Origin: a virus
DNA: 64,000 nt
Virus record (IMG/VR): IMGVR_UViG_3300025874_000006
Coordinates: 74,352 to 138,351 of that record
Reading direction: 5' to 3' (one strand)
The position numbers and the translations under genes were made by a program. Shown here in pieces: positions 9,942-20,220 of the stretch; the stretch's first letter is position 1; each line of letters opens with the position of its first letter. The notes beneath the pieces were generated by a model, which was not told the DNA's origin, did not search any database, and was given only the letters and a program-made list of their open reading frames with translations.

Positions 9942-10718
9942 TTATTCTGGGAAAATTATCTCGGTGTTGAAACCGTAATCACCGTCTGGACTTACGTCTA
10001 TAGGGTCTGGAGTGGTATTTATGGTTTCTATAAGAAACTCTTCTCCCTCGGCCTCTGTCAAAAAGTTTAGGTTTGTATTGACTTCACGAATCACCGGCCC
10101 TTTGAGTTCTGGCCCATAGAAGTTAACTTTCATCTCGAAAGTGAGAGTATATATGATGGTGCGTCTTTGTTCTACAGGGCCTTCGAAGTCATCTTGAAAA
10201 TCTAATCCCGTCAATACTATTGGCACATCTTCTTTAATGCTTGGTTCATCCGCAAAAGGTTTGACAGTCAAGGTATATTGAGGAGCAAAATATGGTAAGA
10301 TTTGTTCTACTACTTGTAGAGCATCATCCTGAGACTTTGCATAAACTGACAAAGAGAACCCGACATTATACGGAACACCAACGTAAGTTTTTCGTTGAAC
10401 CGTATTGTCTGTGGTGACAACATTACTGAAGCTGTTTACTTTAGGTAATTGACGTGTTGCGTCATATGCAATAGAGTTTATCTCGAACGACATACGTGGA
10501 AGTTTAATAGCAACTCTGCGTTCTGCTTCCTCTCCGTTAGACATTTCTTCTAGTCGTTCTATGAAAGACCTTTTAGGTGCATATGATAGAGGCACCTTGA
10601 CCTGTGATAACACCTTACCCGCTGAGTCTGTTCTCAAAACATGTAAGTTATTAAACATTGAACCGAACACTGCAACGCAAGTGCGGACACGTTTATGATA
10701 AAAGTGACTTCCCATCAT
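9942..10718 (-). CDS. gp15: Tail sheath stabiliser / tail completion protein
   Basis: HFYHKRVRTCVAVFGSMFNN, VPLSYAPK, IKLPRMSFEI, QVVEQILPYFAP. Confidence 0.95.
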   Translation of the reverse strand: MMGSHFYHKRVRTCVAVFGSMFNNLHVLRTDSAGKVLSQVKVPLSYAPKRSFIERLEEMSNGEEAERRVAIKLPRMSFEINSIAYDATRQLPKVNSFSNVVTTDNTVQRKTYVGVPYNVGFSLSVYAKSQDDALQVVEQILPYFAPQYTLTVKPFADEPSIKEDVPIVLTGLDFQDDFEGPVEQRRTIIYTLTFEMKVNFYGPELKGPVIREVNTNLNFLTEAEGEEFLIETINTTPDPIDVSPDGDYGFNTEIIFPE

Positions 10719-11596
10719 TATGATATGTCTCCGAATGGATTGGACTCAGAGAAGTCCACAAAATCATTAGCGAAATCATCAAACACTTTATTCTGTGAAA
10801 GTGGTTGGATTTCATTTACACCTTCGTCCAAAGATGCTGGAGTGAGGGATGCGTTATTTCCCACGACTGGCTGGTCTGATGACCACACATGATAGTTACC
10901 GTCATCGGCTCCGGTGTGTGCAATCTTGAGTAATCTGGTTTCGTGATTCCAGTATGTCACCTCACCTTCAATCTGGTAATCAGTGAAGTCTTGAGAAACA
11001 GTTTCACCCACGATATAATACTCCGACTCTCCGGTACCATCCATAGTGAGCTCATACTGGAATGCGTGTTCCGTTTCAACTCTATCGATGCTGTCGATAC
11101 CAGTGTCGAAGTCTTCATCAGAGAATTCGAATAGTTCACATTGCATACGGAACTGAGGTAGTTGGGACAATTGATAGAAAGGAGACTCGGTCTCAACCTT
11201 CTTGACCTCAAATAGAGATTCGGACAACGGAAGATAGATCACATCACCTTCTCTTGGACGGAATTGATTGTCCGCAAGACGGTCGCCAACAAGCTGTCGC
11301 CAGCGCCGGCGAGCAATAACGAAGGTTGCTTGGTCTCGGAGTTCGATACCAAACTTAGTGAACAGATCTCCTTCCCCATCAAATGCTTCAGTGTTTTCAA
11401 TATACACTTCTACTTTATAGGCATCAGAGAACTGAGACTGGATGCTGTCTAGGAAGATTTCTTCTCTTTCAACAATCTCTCTCGGTAGGTAATACACATC
11501 CTGTCCGTAGAACTGGATTGCTTCAATCAGAATGTCTTCGTAAAGATTCTGTTCCGGTCTGTGTTTTTGACTTATATATGGATTAGTTGCCATCAA
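10718..11596 (-). CDS. gp14: Neck protein
   Basis: GQDVYYLPRE, LFTKFGIELRDQATFVIARRRW, RPREGDVIYLP, SESNPFG. Confidence 0.95.
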   Translation of the reverse strand: MMATNPYISQKHRPEQNLYEDILIEAIQFYGQDVYYLPREIVEREEIFLDSIQSQFSDAYKVEVYIENTEAFDGEGDLFTKFGIELRDQATFVIARRRWRQLVGDRLADNQFRPREGDVIYLPLSESLFEVKKVETESPFYQLSQLPQFRMQCELFEFSDEDFDTGIDSIDRVETEHAFQYELTMDGTGESEYYIVGETVSQDFTDYQIEGEVTYWNHETRLLKIAHTGADDGNYHVWSSDQPVVGNNASLTPASLDEGVNEIQPLSQNKVFDDFANDFVDFSESNPFGDIS

Positions 11597-12367
11597 TTAC
11601 CCCATGAAGAACATAGGCCCTTCATCTTCTTCGTTACGGAATTTTTCCATGAGTCTCTCAATGTCCGCAAGGGCATCTTCATAGATTAAACGTGCGTTGA
11701 CCGTAACACCGCCAGGCAATGTCATACCGTCAAATTTAATTAGGTTGGTACCCCACTGACGTTTAATCAGTGCGGTTGCATATTCTTTTAAAAACTTGTG
11801 ATTCCAGAGAGAGTTGTATTCGGTTATACTACTATCTGGGTCACGTATGGCATAAACTTCAAATATTATAAAGTCATCTACATTTAGATTATTTTTAGAA
11901 ATATGTAGGTTTATACGATTATATTGACGATCAAATGTAATTTGTGGATAACCACCCAGTTTCATGTCGAGTAGAGATAGCTGTTGCTGCATTTGTTCGT
12001 AATGTGCAAGATCTCCTAGTAGACCACCACCATTAGCAAAGTCACTAATAGTATGGGACATAAACTGCCATGCATCACTGAACCACCCCGAATGTGCATT
12101 ACTAAAACTCATCGGTATCATGCGAACTACTGCGGTAAGATCCAAGTCATCACTGAGGTCAACAGTCTGATTGTCAACATCGGCCTGAGTCAACTGATGT
12201 TTCAGATAGTATCTCTTAGACCCGTCCGGATGATTTTCACGAAACCACTGTAACGCCTCGTCTATACGATCGTCTAGTTGTTCTTCGTCTATATTGACTT
12301 CAACTACCGGATGCCCCAAGGCACGTAGGCAGTAATCTATTAGTTCTTCTCTACTTGTTGAATACAT
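11597..12367 (-). CDS. gp13: Neck protein
   Basis: SREELIDYCLRALGHPVVEVNIDEEQ, ALIKRQWGTNLIKFDGMTLPGGVTVN. Confidence 0.96.
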   Translation of the reverse strand: MYSTSREELIDYCLRALGHPVVEVNIDEEQLDDRIDEALQWFRENHPDGSKRYYLKHQLTQADVDNQTVDLSDDLDLTAVVRMIPMSFSNAHSGWFSDAWQFMSHTISDFANGGGLLGDLAHYEQMQQQLSLLDMKLGGYPQITFDRQYNRINLHISKNNLNVDDFIIFEVYAIRDPDSSITEYNSLWNHKFLKEYATALIKRQWGTNLIKFDGMTLPGGVTVNARLIYEDALADIERLMEKFRNEEDEGPMFFMG

Positions 12368-12394
12368 GACTATAGTCCAATATTGGTTACGTAC

Positions 12395-12414
12395 TATTTA
12401 TACGTTTATTTATA
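12395..12414 (-). promoter_or_regulatory. Two tandem late promoters (12407-12414 and 12395-12402) for gp13-gp17
   Basis: Two exact TATAAATA copies 12 bp apart. Confidence 0.85.
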
Positions 12415-12428
12415 TTAAAATTAAATAT

Positions 12429-12455
12429 AAAAAAAGGGGGAACCGAAGTCCCCCC
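12429..12455 (-). terminator. Rho-independent terminator after the giant fibre gene
   Basis: GGGGGGAC-TTCG-GTTCCCCC-T7. Confidence 0.9.
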
Positions 12456-12479
12456 TTATATCTTAGTGTGTAATTAAGA

Positions 12480-15400
12480 TTAATCGTTAATGATAACACC
12501 GTTCACATCATAGATGTCAATACGGTAGTGTGAACCACCTTGACCTTCTAGTTTAGAGGTATCATCCGACACAACAGCTTCAGCAACACGTAGTGACTGT
12601 TCTGCTTCCACTTCATCAACCGCAATCTCGCCAGTTGCTTGTAGTTTAGTATCATTGATACACAAACCACCAGACAACGCAGTCTTGACGCGATCATCAG
12701 AGTAGTACTTATTGGTAATACCTTCTGGGATATTATCAGTAGTACGTCCTTCCAAATCTGTCAATCGAGTACCGTGACCACCAACTACACCACCTAGGGT
12801 GCTGTCAGCATTCTGGAACTCAGTAACGATTTCTGCAAGAGAGTTCAGTGCAGTCGCATCCGTGTTAGACAAGACATTAGAGATCTGAGACTGTAGACCA
12901 GATTCTGCACTTGTTGCACGAGATATTTCAGCATCAATTGCAGACTGTAGATCACTATCACCAGCAATACGATCAGCAGTTTCATTAGCTACCGCAGTTG
13001 TTCTTGCTGTAGTCTCTGAAGAGATCGCATCGTTGGACGAACCAGTCAGTGCATCAATTGCAGACTGTAGACTTGCGTCACCAGCAATACGATCAGTTTC
13101 TTCTGCACTAATAGACGCAGATAGATCCGAATCACCGGCAATACGACCACTTGTTTCAGTAGCAAGAGCAGTATCGAGTTCAGACTTATCTGAATCAAGT
13201 CTTAGACCAAGTGCAGTATCACCAGCGCCACGTGCATTCTCTTCAGCGCTTAAGTCCGCTTCAAGTGCAGTGAGGTTGTTCTCAGCAGTAGTCAATCGAC
13301 CTTCGTTACCATCAACACCAGAGTCAACATAGTCTTTGGTAGCGAATACTGAAGTATCAACACCATAAGAAACAACACTTGTTGTTGGAGCTGTAGCAAG
13401 AATAGGAGGGTGAGCTCCAGTCGTCCCTTCATCCATATCAATGATAGTTGAACCGGAAACCGTGAAATAGTTATAGGTGTCTATTTCGAACCTTGAACCA
13501 TTGTAGGTTTCTAGTGTATTTACAGTTTCACCAGTCAGAATGTTGTAGATAATTAGACCTACATAACGGGTTTGTCCGTCACTAGACATGTGACCAGTAG
13601 GAACAAATAACATATCTCCAGACAACGCAAGACCAGCTTTACCAAGACCTTTTGAATTGTTCAAGACTTGCCAAGGAGTACTGCTTTCCTCTACAAATGA
13701 ACGTATGAAACTACCATCATCAGGATTATGGACGTGTGCACGGTTTGTACCATCTGTATCTTGAGTCCGGAATACTACATACTTGTCACTTACAGCGATA
13801 CCATTAGCATACATGTTGGTGTTGTTACTAGGGCCATGAATGGTAGTACTGAATACAGTCCCTGCAAGACCATAAGCACCGGAAGTTTTCAGTATAGTAA
13901 CACCCTGATTCGTCTGGCCAGTCGTGCCACCAGTTACAAAGTAACCGCCACCGAAGTCTGCTTCATCCGGAGTTCCCATAGGATCATAAGAGTATAACTC
14001 AGCCCAATCGGAGATGTTGTGAACTTTAACAGTGTCAATTGCGCTCCAAATTGACCCATAAACCGCGATTGCTCTAGTATCATCTACAACAAAAACTCTG
14101 CGTATAGTAGGGTCAGTGATAGTCGTAACTAAACCGTGGTCTGCTTGGGCAATATTTCTTATATCATAGATTTTACTATACTGTAGATTATCATTACTGC
14201 CTCTAGTAAACGCAATGTGGTTGCCATTGATAGAGAGATAAGATAACCAAGGATGGTTTAGTTCTGGGTAATCATCAAATGACCAAGACTTGACCAGTGT
14301 ACCATCTAATAGATGCAAGGCGATAATAATTTCACGGCCGCCAGATTTTTCCAGCAGAAGAGTCACGAAATGGGTGTCCGAAGCATCCACAGCCTTGATC
14401 TCGTTGTCGCCAGAATATAACTCATCTACACCAGTTATCGCAACAAAGTCTGATGGAGTTAATGAAGACCAGTCCACTACAGAAGAAGATACTTCCGCAA
14501 TACCAGTACCCAAATCAGACGGCTGTATAGCACTTTCAGCAGTTTGCTTGATTGGTTCCATTCGAATATCAACTTCAGCTATACCAACTTTAGATGCGAT
14601 AGATGCAGCAGTTGCATCAGCGTCTGCTTTAGTTGCGATAGATGCAGTAACAGTAGATGCAAAGTTCGCGTCATCACCCAGAGCAGCAGCTAGTTCGTTA
14701 AGAGTATCCAACGAAGCAGGAGCAGCGTCTACAGTAGCAGCGATTGCTTGTGTTGCGGCAGTTCCAGCAGCAGCGATTGCGGCAGCTTGTGCAGCGTCTG
14801 CTTTGGCAGTTGCATCAGCAGCTGCGGTTGCTTCAGCGGCAGCCTGTGCAGCATTTGCTTTGGCAGTTGCATCAGCAGCTGCGGTTGCTTCAGCGGCAGC
14901 CTGTGCAGCATTTGCTTTGGCAGTTGCATCATCACTTGCAGTAGAGATTGCAGATGTTACCGCAGTTTCTCTAGCACCAGTCTCAACAGCAATTGCAGAA
15001 TCCATCTGTGCAGTAGTTGAGTAAGGAGTCAAGTCAGTCGCAGGAATTGCAGCAATAGCTGAATCCATCTCAGCAGTAGTTGAGTAGTCAGAAAGGTCTA
15101 CACCAGCAACACCAGAGTCAACATAGTCTTTAGTAGCAAATAGTGAAGTGTCTACACTGTAATTGGTTGTTGTAGAAGGTACACCTTCCCAAACCTGTAC
15201 GGTTCCCGAAGAACCAGCACGCCCACCACTAGCGATAGTGGTAACGATGGTTCCATTAGATGAGGGGTTAAACGAACTATACTCCCCTTTACTCCATAGA
15301 GCAACCGGAGAAAATACACCTGAATCGGAAATTTCGTGTATGTACCAAGTGTAATTATTACCCAAATCCCAAGGCTGCCCAACAATGGCAAACGCTACAA

Positions 15401-18400
15401 GATTATCTGTTATCTTAGAAACTAGATTGTAACCATAAGAATAGTCGTGTGTACCAGAAATTGCGTCTCGTTCACTACTTACCAAATAACCAGTGGTATG
15501 ATCAAACGTGTACACATTTTTTCCATACCACGACTGAGCAACTAGAAGATAATTTCCAAACACTTCGAAAGTATCACTGAAATGTGACCTATAAAAGTCT
15601 GATTGAATAGAATCAGATGACAAATCTTCTGGATAAGGGTCTTGGTAACTTCTAATTAGAGAACCCGTTGACAGAGAGAATTGGTGAATAGACCCCTCCG
15701 AGAATCTTCCACCAGCACCGATGAACACAGTGTCTCCAGAAACCTTAACGGTCTTGCCGAATCGTCCAATATATCGTCCACCATCACTATAACTAGGGTT
15801 TGTGAACTCTTTTACAATAGAACCGTCCTCAACATCAATGAGTAATACTCTACCACCTTCATTCTCACCATTAATATCTCTTGCTTTACTATCAGAAATT
15901 ATCGCAGTACTGGTACCATCTATTAAAACAACATTATCACCAAAAGAACTAGCGTCCCAGTTGTTTTTGTAATCACCCGTATAGTCATTTCCCTGAAGTA
16001 GTGCATGAAGTGTAACTGTCCATTGATCATGGGTCTTGTATACGTACACAGCACCTTCTGAAATATTGTCTAATGAGTTACCAGAACCATCTTTCGCATC
16101 TACATTTTCAAAATTATGGGCAGAGACGACCATATAACCATCATTAAAGGCAACTTTTTCACCAAAGCCAGACCCTTGCGTACCTTGGGGACTCTCGATC
16201 AAAGTGCCCGTCTCTAAATCTGTTAAGTAGACTGTAGGTTGTACACCATTATAGGTAGTACCGGGCCCGTTAGTTCGTCCACTTGAGAAAATATCTATAC
16301 TTCTGCCGGTCAAAACATGTTCCCAACTGCCCATATGAACTCCACCGTTCAAATCGTTAGTAGTTATGTTAGGCCAATTGGTTATAGAAGTTCCTAATAT
16401 TTCTGAGGAAGGAGATGGTGGTTCAACACTAAAATCGATGACCGCAGTTGTCGTCTGAGCAATACCAGTTCCAAAATCTTCTGGTTGGATCGCAGATTCT
16501 GCTAGTTGCTTGATTGGTTCCATTCGAACATCAACTTCAGCTATACCAACTTTACTAGCAAGTGCGGCAGTAGTTGCAGCGTCATCAGCTTTAGTAGCAA
16601 TTGAATCAGTAACAGTAGATGCAAAGTTTGCGTCATCACCTAGAGCAGCAGCCAACTCGTTAAGAGTGTCTAGTGCGGCAGGAGCAGCGTCAACTGTTGC
16701 AGCAACAACTTGATCAGCATAAGACTGAGCTTCTGACTTAGCAGTTGCGATCGCAGAACCCATTTCAACAGTAGTTGAGTACGGAGTTAAGTCAGTTGCA
16801 GGAATTGCAGCGATAGCAGCAGTTCTAGCAGCAGTCTCAACAGCAATAGCTGAATCCATCTCAACGGTAGTTGAGTAAGGAGTCAAATCTGTAGAAGGAA
16901 TTGCAGCGATAGCTGAATCCATCTGTGCAGTAGTTGAGTAGTCAGAAAGGTCTACGCTTGGAATATTAGCAATTGCAGTTTCTATTGCATTAAAGGCGGA
17001 ACCGAGTTCACTTACGTCATATTGTCTGACGTATGTAGGATTTTTCCAAGAATCTAAATCTGCAAAGTAATCTGTTACATATAGTTGGTTAGTAATCGAA
17101 TCATACGAAAGATAAGTCCACTGGACGTGATAATTGTCCCAAACATTGGTAAATGCTACGGTGGATGTGTCAGACTTGTCGTACCAATGCAAACCACCTT
17201 CCAGACGAGGAATTGCGTAGTAATTACCAACACTAGTAATCGATGTATATCTCCTACCAGAACCAGAGTCTGGTGTGGTAATAGAGAATGCTATATCAGA
17301 AGTCCCTTTGTTATAAAAGGTGAATGTGTCAGAGTTATTGTAGACCGCAAAATAATCATCTATTACCACTCCGTATTCGGTGTAATTCGTTGCGAGGGTG
17401 CCCACAAGTGAGTTATCGGAGGTATCTATTATGGTATAGTCACGATTAAACAAATCATTAACATAAACATAACCACCACCAGCTGACATGTTACGACCCC
17501 AATACAGATCTCTACTGTAATTTTGAGGCCCGTTGCTGATAAGACCTAGGTCACTTGGGTTAATTTCGACTGGGGTAGCGGTGATGTTAGTTGCATCATA
17601 AACAAATAGTTGACCAACCTTAGTTTCTGGCGAATTACCAGTATCACCGTATCTAGTTGCATAAAATTTATTCGCAACTTCATCGTATCCACTTCCAGCA
17701 CCCAACATGTAATTCGCACCCTGGCCTGTAGGAAATGCATGTTGATAGACTTTAGTTATGTTGGATAGGTCGGTAAGGTCATAGAACTGAAGTGAACCGT
17801 GATTATCACTACCAGCATCGTGGTTTGCAACCATTAGAATCTTAGATGTTTCTGAGTAATAAAAAGTGTTACCCCATGACCTATTCCATGTGAACTCTCT
17901 GTCGTAGAGTTCTACTGGGTTTTCCATATCATTTCTATCATATATGAATATAGAACCAGACTGATTTAAACCCGATGTTTCATCATTGTGGGACACTAAG
18001 ATATAATCGGTGTACGTCTTGATAGTTTCTCCGAAACCACTGTAGTTGCCATTAGCAGCATTGTTCAAAGCATACTGTGGTTGTGGGTCATCTAAGAGAG
18101 AAAATTTACTTGGTGCTTGAGGGAGTACTTCAACACCATTCAGATAATCAACAATACCTGAAACCACAGATCCGTCTGCTTTGCTGTCTAGTGCAGCAGT
18201 AGTCGCAGCATCGTCTGCCTTAGTAGCAAGTGCGGCAGTAGTTGCAGCGTCATCAGCTTTAGTAGCAAGAGCAGCAGTAGTTGCAGCGTCATCAGCTTTA
18301 GTAGCGATAGAAGCAGTAACAGTAGATGCAAAGTTTGCATCATCTCCAAGAGCAGCAGCCAGTTCATTCAACGTGTCCAATGCCGCAGGAGCAGCGTCAA

Positions 18401-20183
18401 CTGTTGCAGCAACAACTTGATCAGCATATGTCTGTGCTTCTGACTTAGCAGTAGCAATTGCAGAAGTCATCTCGCTAGAAGTTGAGTATGGAGTCAAGTC
18501 AGTTGCGGGAATTGCAGCAATTGCAGAATCCATTTCAGCAGTGGTTGAGTATGCAGAGAGGTCTACACCAGCAACACCAGAGTCAACATAGTCTTTAGTA
18601 GCAATTACTGAAGTGTCAACGGAATATTCGTTACTAGTTGAACCTGACGGAGACACTGTTGTATAAACTCTATTAGAACTGTCTCCACCAACTGCATAAA
18701 AACTAGTTCCATCATTCGTGAATCTTCCATTTTTGTCAGTTCCGAAAGATTCAGTAATTTCATAACGTAAGTCTGTACTCAAATCTAATAGGTATCTTGT
18801 CGCAACATCACCGTTCATTTCAGATACTAATAAAGCGGTTCCCATCACACTGAAATCAGCACCAAAATTATCGGCCGCAGTTTCAGAAGAGTAAGAAGTT
18901 ATTAAACTACCATCAGTGACATCGTAAACATGTATATATCCAATGTTATTTGCCATCGACTCTATCGAATACACATAGAGCTTACTATCAGAGATTTCAA
19001 CTCTCAATGCAAAGTTTATGGTAGGAAGAGGTTTCTGAATTTTATAAATTAAATTCGTAGAACCACTTGTTTCCCATCCATCCGGAATATTGCTAACCGT
19101 GAGTTCCGCAGCACCAGTATTCGAAACTGCAAGAAAATTTCCTTCGATTGCAAGGGAGACGCCCCACAGTCCACTAGGAGATTCCTTTGTCACTGTATTA
19201 GTTTGACTTCCAGTAGTAATATCAAAAGTTAAAACTACACTTTGTCGATTATGATTACTGTCTTTCGGCCCTCTGGCAGATAAGTAAAGATAATTTCCTC
19301 TCAATGCCATGTCCATCGGCCGATCACCCAAATCGGCTGATATGGTCGAACTTTGATATGTACCATCACTAAGATTTATTCTGTGTAATTTTGCATTATT
19401 AGCTCCACCACTTGTCATGTAGGTTACAACAAAAAGTGTGGTAGAATTAATTGCCAAAGCTCCGCTTATATAAGATCCGCTGTGTCCGAGAGAACTAGAC
19501 CCTTGGAAAAAGTGCAACTGGTCTCCAGTAGTGGTATCAAAGATAGTAACACCAGCACCAGAGGATATGGCCGAAACCGTACCATTTGTTACAAATGTAT
19601 CTTCTCTATTAGTGCCTGGACTTCCAAAAAATTCTGTATTACCTGAGACCACAACGGAAGATACTGAAGGTTGGACACTTAAATCTGAAGCCGTTGTGGA
19701 AACAGTTAAGATACCAGCGCCAAAGTCTTCTGGTTGAACAGCAGTATCAGCAAGAGCACCCTGTGCAGCAGTTGCAACACCGTCTGTGATTTGAGCAATA
19801 ACCGCATCTAAATCTGCTTGTTGTGCAGCAGTATCAGCAAGAGCACCCTGTGCAGCAGTTGCAACACCACTTGCAAGTGTCTGTTGAATCTGCGTAATTG
19901 CAGTAGAGTTGTTCGTGATTAAAGTTGAAATGTCACCGTCTTCACTTTGGAATAAAGCGACAATCTCTTGGAGTGTATCCAAGTGTTCCGGAGAAGTGCC
20001 AAGGATTGCATCTACCTGTGCCTGAAGTGCTGCGATGTCAGTCGCGACTGCTTCGTTCACAGCCTCAGTTATTGCTGGTAGTACAAGTTTGCCTTCTGCG
20101 GTAATTACAAGTTGGTTACCGACAACTACTTCACCAGTAATGTCGACACCATTTTGTATTCTAAATTTCTTATTAGTACTCAT
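12480..20183 (-). CDS. Giant modular tail fibre / adhesin (2567 aa) with four beta-propeller-like domains on a helical repeat stalk
   Basis: Three copies of the fibre repeat VDAAPA(A/S)LDTLNELAAALGDDANFAST; four inserted beta-rich domains of about 350-420 aa, three of them with FG-GAP-like motifs (GFGEKVA, FGKTVKV, GFGETI, FGADFSV). Confidence 0.75.
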   Translation of the reverse strand: MSTNKKFRIQNGVDITGEVVVGNQLVITAEGKLVLPAITEAVNEAVATDIAALQAQVDAILGTSPEHLDTLQEIVALFQSEDGDISTLITNNSTAITQIQQTLASGVATAAQGALADTAAQQADLDAVIAQITDGVATAAQGALADTAVQPEDFGAGILTVSTTASDLSVQPSVSSVVVSGNTEFFGSPGTNREDTFVTNGTVSAISSGAGVTIFDTTTGDQLHFFQGSSSLGHSGSYISGALAINSTTLFVVTYMTSGGANNAKLHRINLSDGTYQSSTISADLGDRPMDMALRGNYLYLSARGPKDSNHNRQSVVLTFDITTGSQTNTVTKESPSGLWGVSLAIEGNFLAVSNTGAAELTVSNIPDGWETSGSTNLIYKIQKPLPTINFALRVEISDSKLYVYSIESMANNIGYIHVYDVTDGSLITSYSSETAADNFGADFSVMGTALLVSEMNGDVATRYLLDLSTDLRYEITESFGTDKNGRFTNDGTSFYAVGGDSSNRVYTTVSPSGSTSNEYSVDTSVIATKDYVDSGVAGVDLSAYSTTAEMDSAIAAIPATDLTPYSTSSEMTSAIATAKSEAQTYADQVVAATVDAAPAALDTLNELAAALGDDANFASTVTASIATKADDAATTAALATKADDAATTAALATKADDAATTAALDSKADGSVVSGIVDYLNGVEVLPQAPSKFSLLDDPQPQYALNNAANGNYSGFGETIKTYTDYILVSHNDETSGLNQSGSIFIYDRNDMENPVELYDREFTWNRSWGNTFYYSETSKILMVANHDAGSDNHGSLQFYDLTDLSNITKVYQHAFPTGQGANYMLGAGSGYDEVANKFYATRYGDTGNSPETKVGQLFVYDATNITATPVEINPSDLGLISNGPQNYSRDLYWGRNMSAGGGYVYVNDLFNRDYTIIDTSDNSLVGTLATNYTEYGVVIDDYFAVYNNSDTFTFYNKGTSDIAFSITTPDSGSGRRYTSITSVGNYYAIPRLEGGLHWYDKSDTSTVAFTNVWDNYHVQWTYLSYDSITNQLYVTDYFADLDSWKNPTYVRQYDVSELGSAFNAIETAIANIPSVDLSDYSTTAQMDSAIAAIPSTDLTPYSTTVEMDSAIAVETAARTAAIAAIPATDLTPYSTTVEMGSAIATAKSEAQSYADQVVAATVDAAPAALDTLNELAAALGDDANFASTVTDSIATKADDAATTAALASKVGIAEVDVRMEPIKQLAESAIQPEDFGTGIAQTTTAVIDFSVEPPSPSSEILGTSITNWPNITTNDLNGGVHMGSWEHVLTGRSIDIFSSGRTNGPGTTYNGVQPTVYLTDLETGTLIESPQGTQGSGFGEKVAFNDGYMVVSAHNFENVDAKDGSGNSLDNISEGAVYVYKTHDQWTVTLHALLQGNDYTGDYKNNWDASSFGDNVVLIDGTSTAIISDSKARDINGENEGGRVLLIDVEDGSIVKEFTNPSYSDGGRYIGRFGKTVKVSGDTVFIGAGGRFSEGSIHQFSLSTGSLIRSYQDPYPEDLSSDSIQSDFYRSHFSDTFEVFGNYLLVAQSWYGKNVYTFDHTTGYLVSSERDAISGTHDYSYGYNLVSKITDNLVAFAIVGQPWDLGNNYTWYIHEISDSGVFSPVALWSKGEYSSFNPSSNGTIVTTIASGGRAGSSGTVQVWEGVPSTTTNYSVDTSLFATKDYVDSGVAGVDLSDYSTTAEMDSAIAAIPATDLTPYSTTAQMDSAIAVETGARETAVTSAISTASDDATAKANAAQAAAEATAAADATAKANAAQAAAEATAAADATAKADAAQAAAIAAAGTAATQAIAATVDAAPASLDTLNELAAALGDDANFASTVTASIATKADADATAASIASKVGIAEVDIRMEPIKQTAESAIQPSDLGTGIAEVSSSVVDWSSLTPSDFVAITGVDELYSGDNEIKAVDASDTHFVTLLLEKSGGREIIIALHLLDGTLVKSWSFDDYPELNHPWLSYLSINGNHIAFTRGSNDNLQYSKIYDIRNIAQADHGLVTTITDPTIRRVFVVDDTRAIAVYGSIWSAIDTVKVHNISDWAELYSYDPMGTPDEADFGGGYFVTGGTTGQTNQGVTILKTSGAYGLAGTVFSTTIHGPSNNTNMYANGIAVSDKYVVFRTQDTDGTNRAHVHNPDDGSFIRSFVEESSTPWQVLNNSKGLGKAGLALSGDMLFVPTGHMSSDGQTRYVGLIIYNILTGETVNTLETYNGSRFEIDTYNYFTVSGSTIIDMDEGTTGAHPPILATAPTTSVVSYGVDTSVFATKDYVDSGVDGNEGRLTTAENNLTALEADLSAEENARGAGDTALGLRLDSDKSELDTALATETSGRIAGDSDLSASISAEETDRIAGDASLQSAIDALTGSSNDAISSETTARTTAVANETADRIAGDSDLQSAIDAEISRATSAESGLQSQISNVLSNTDATALNSLAEIVTEFQNADSTLGGVVGGHGTRLTDLEGRTTDNIPEGITNKYYSDDRVKTALSGGLCINDTKLQATGEIAVDEVEAEQSLRVAEAVVSDDTSKLEGQGGSHYRIDIYDVNGVIIND
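14500..15165 (-). repeat. Stalk repeat copy C of the giant fibre
   Basis: Near-identical DNA blocks with 16440-16960 and 18180-18630 (ATKDYVDSGVAGVDLS.YSTT.EMDSAIAAIP.TDLTPYST; LDTLNELAAALGDDANF). Confidence 0.85.
14803..14931. repeat. Perfect 57-bp tandem duplication (about 2.3 copies)
   Basis: ttggcagttgcatcagcagctgcggttgcttcagcggcagcctgtgcagcatttgct occurs twice plus a partial copy; encodes ADATAKANAAQAAAEATAA. Confidence 0.9.
16440..16960 (-). repeat. Stalk repeat copy B of the giant fibre
   Basis: Same motifs as copies A and C; shares KVGIAEVD.RMEPIKQ.AESAIQP with copy C. Confidence 0.85.
18180..18630 (-). repeat. Stalk repeat copy A of the giant fibre, including three TKADDAATTAAL(A) units
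   Basis: 39-bp tandem units at about 18180-18300 plus the shared stalk block. Confidence 0.85.
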
Positions 20184-20220
20184 TTTTAAGTATACCTTTT
20201 AGAATTGTTAATTGGGAGCT

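Noticed and set aside
14290-15024. Long opposite-strand ORFs over fibre genes (also 41053-41538, 35466-35891, 61000-61978 and many short ones)
   Set aside because: These are shadows of low-complexity or codon-biased sense genes, with no RBS or promoter and no recognisable motifs.
12480-20183. Diversity-generating retroelement or invertase-driven shufflon
   Set aside because: No reverse transcriptase or site-specific recombinase is present in the window, the repeats are direct rather than inverted, and no adenine-specific template/variable pair was evident by eye.
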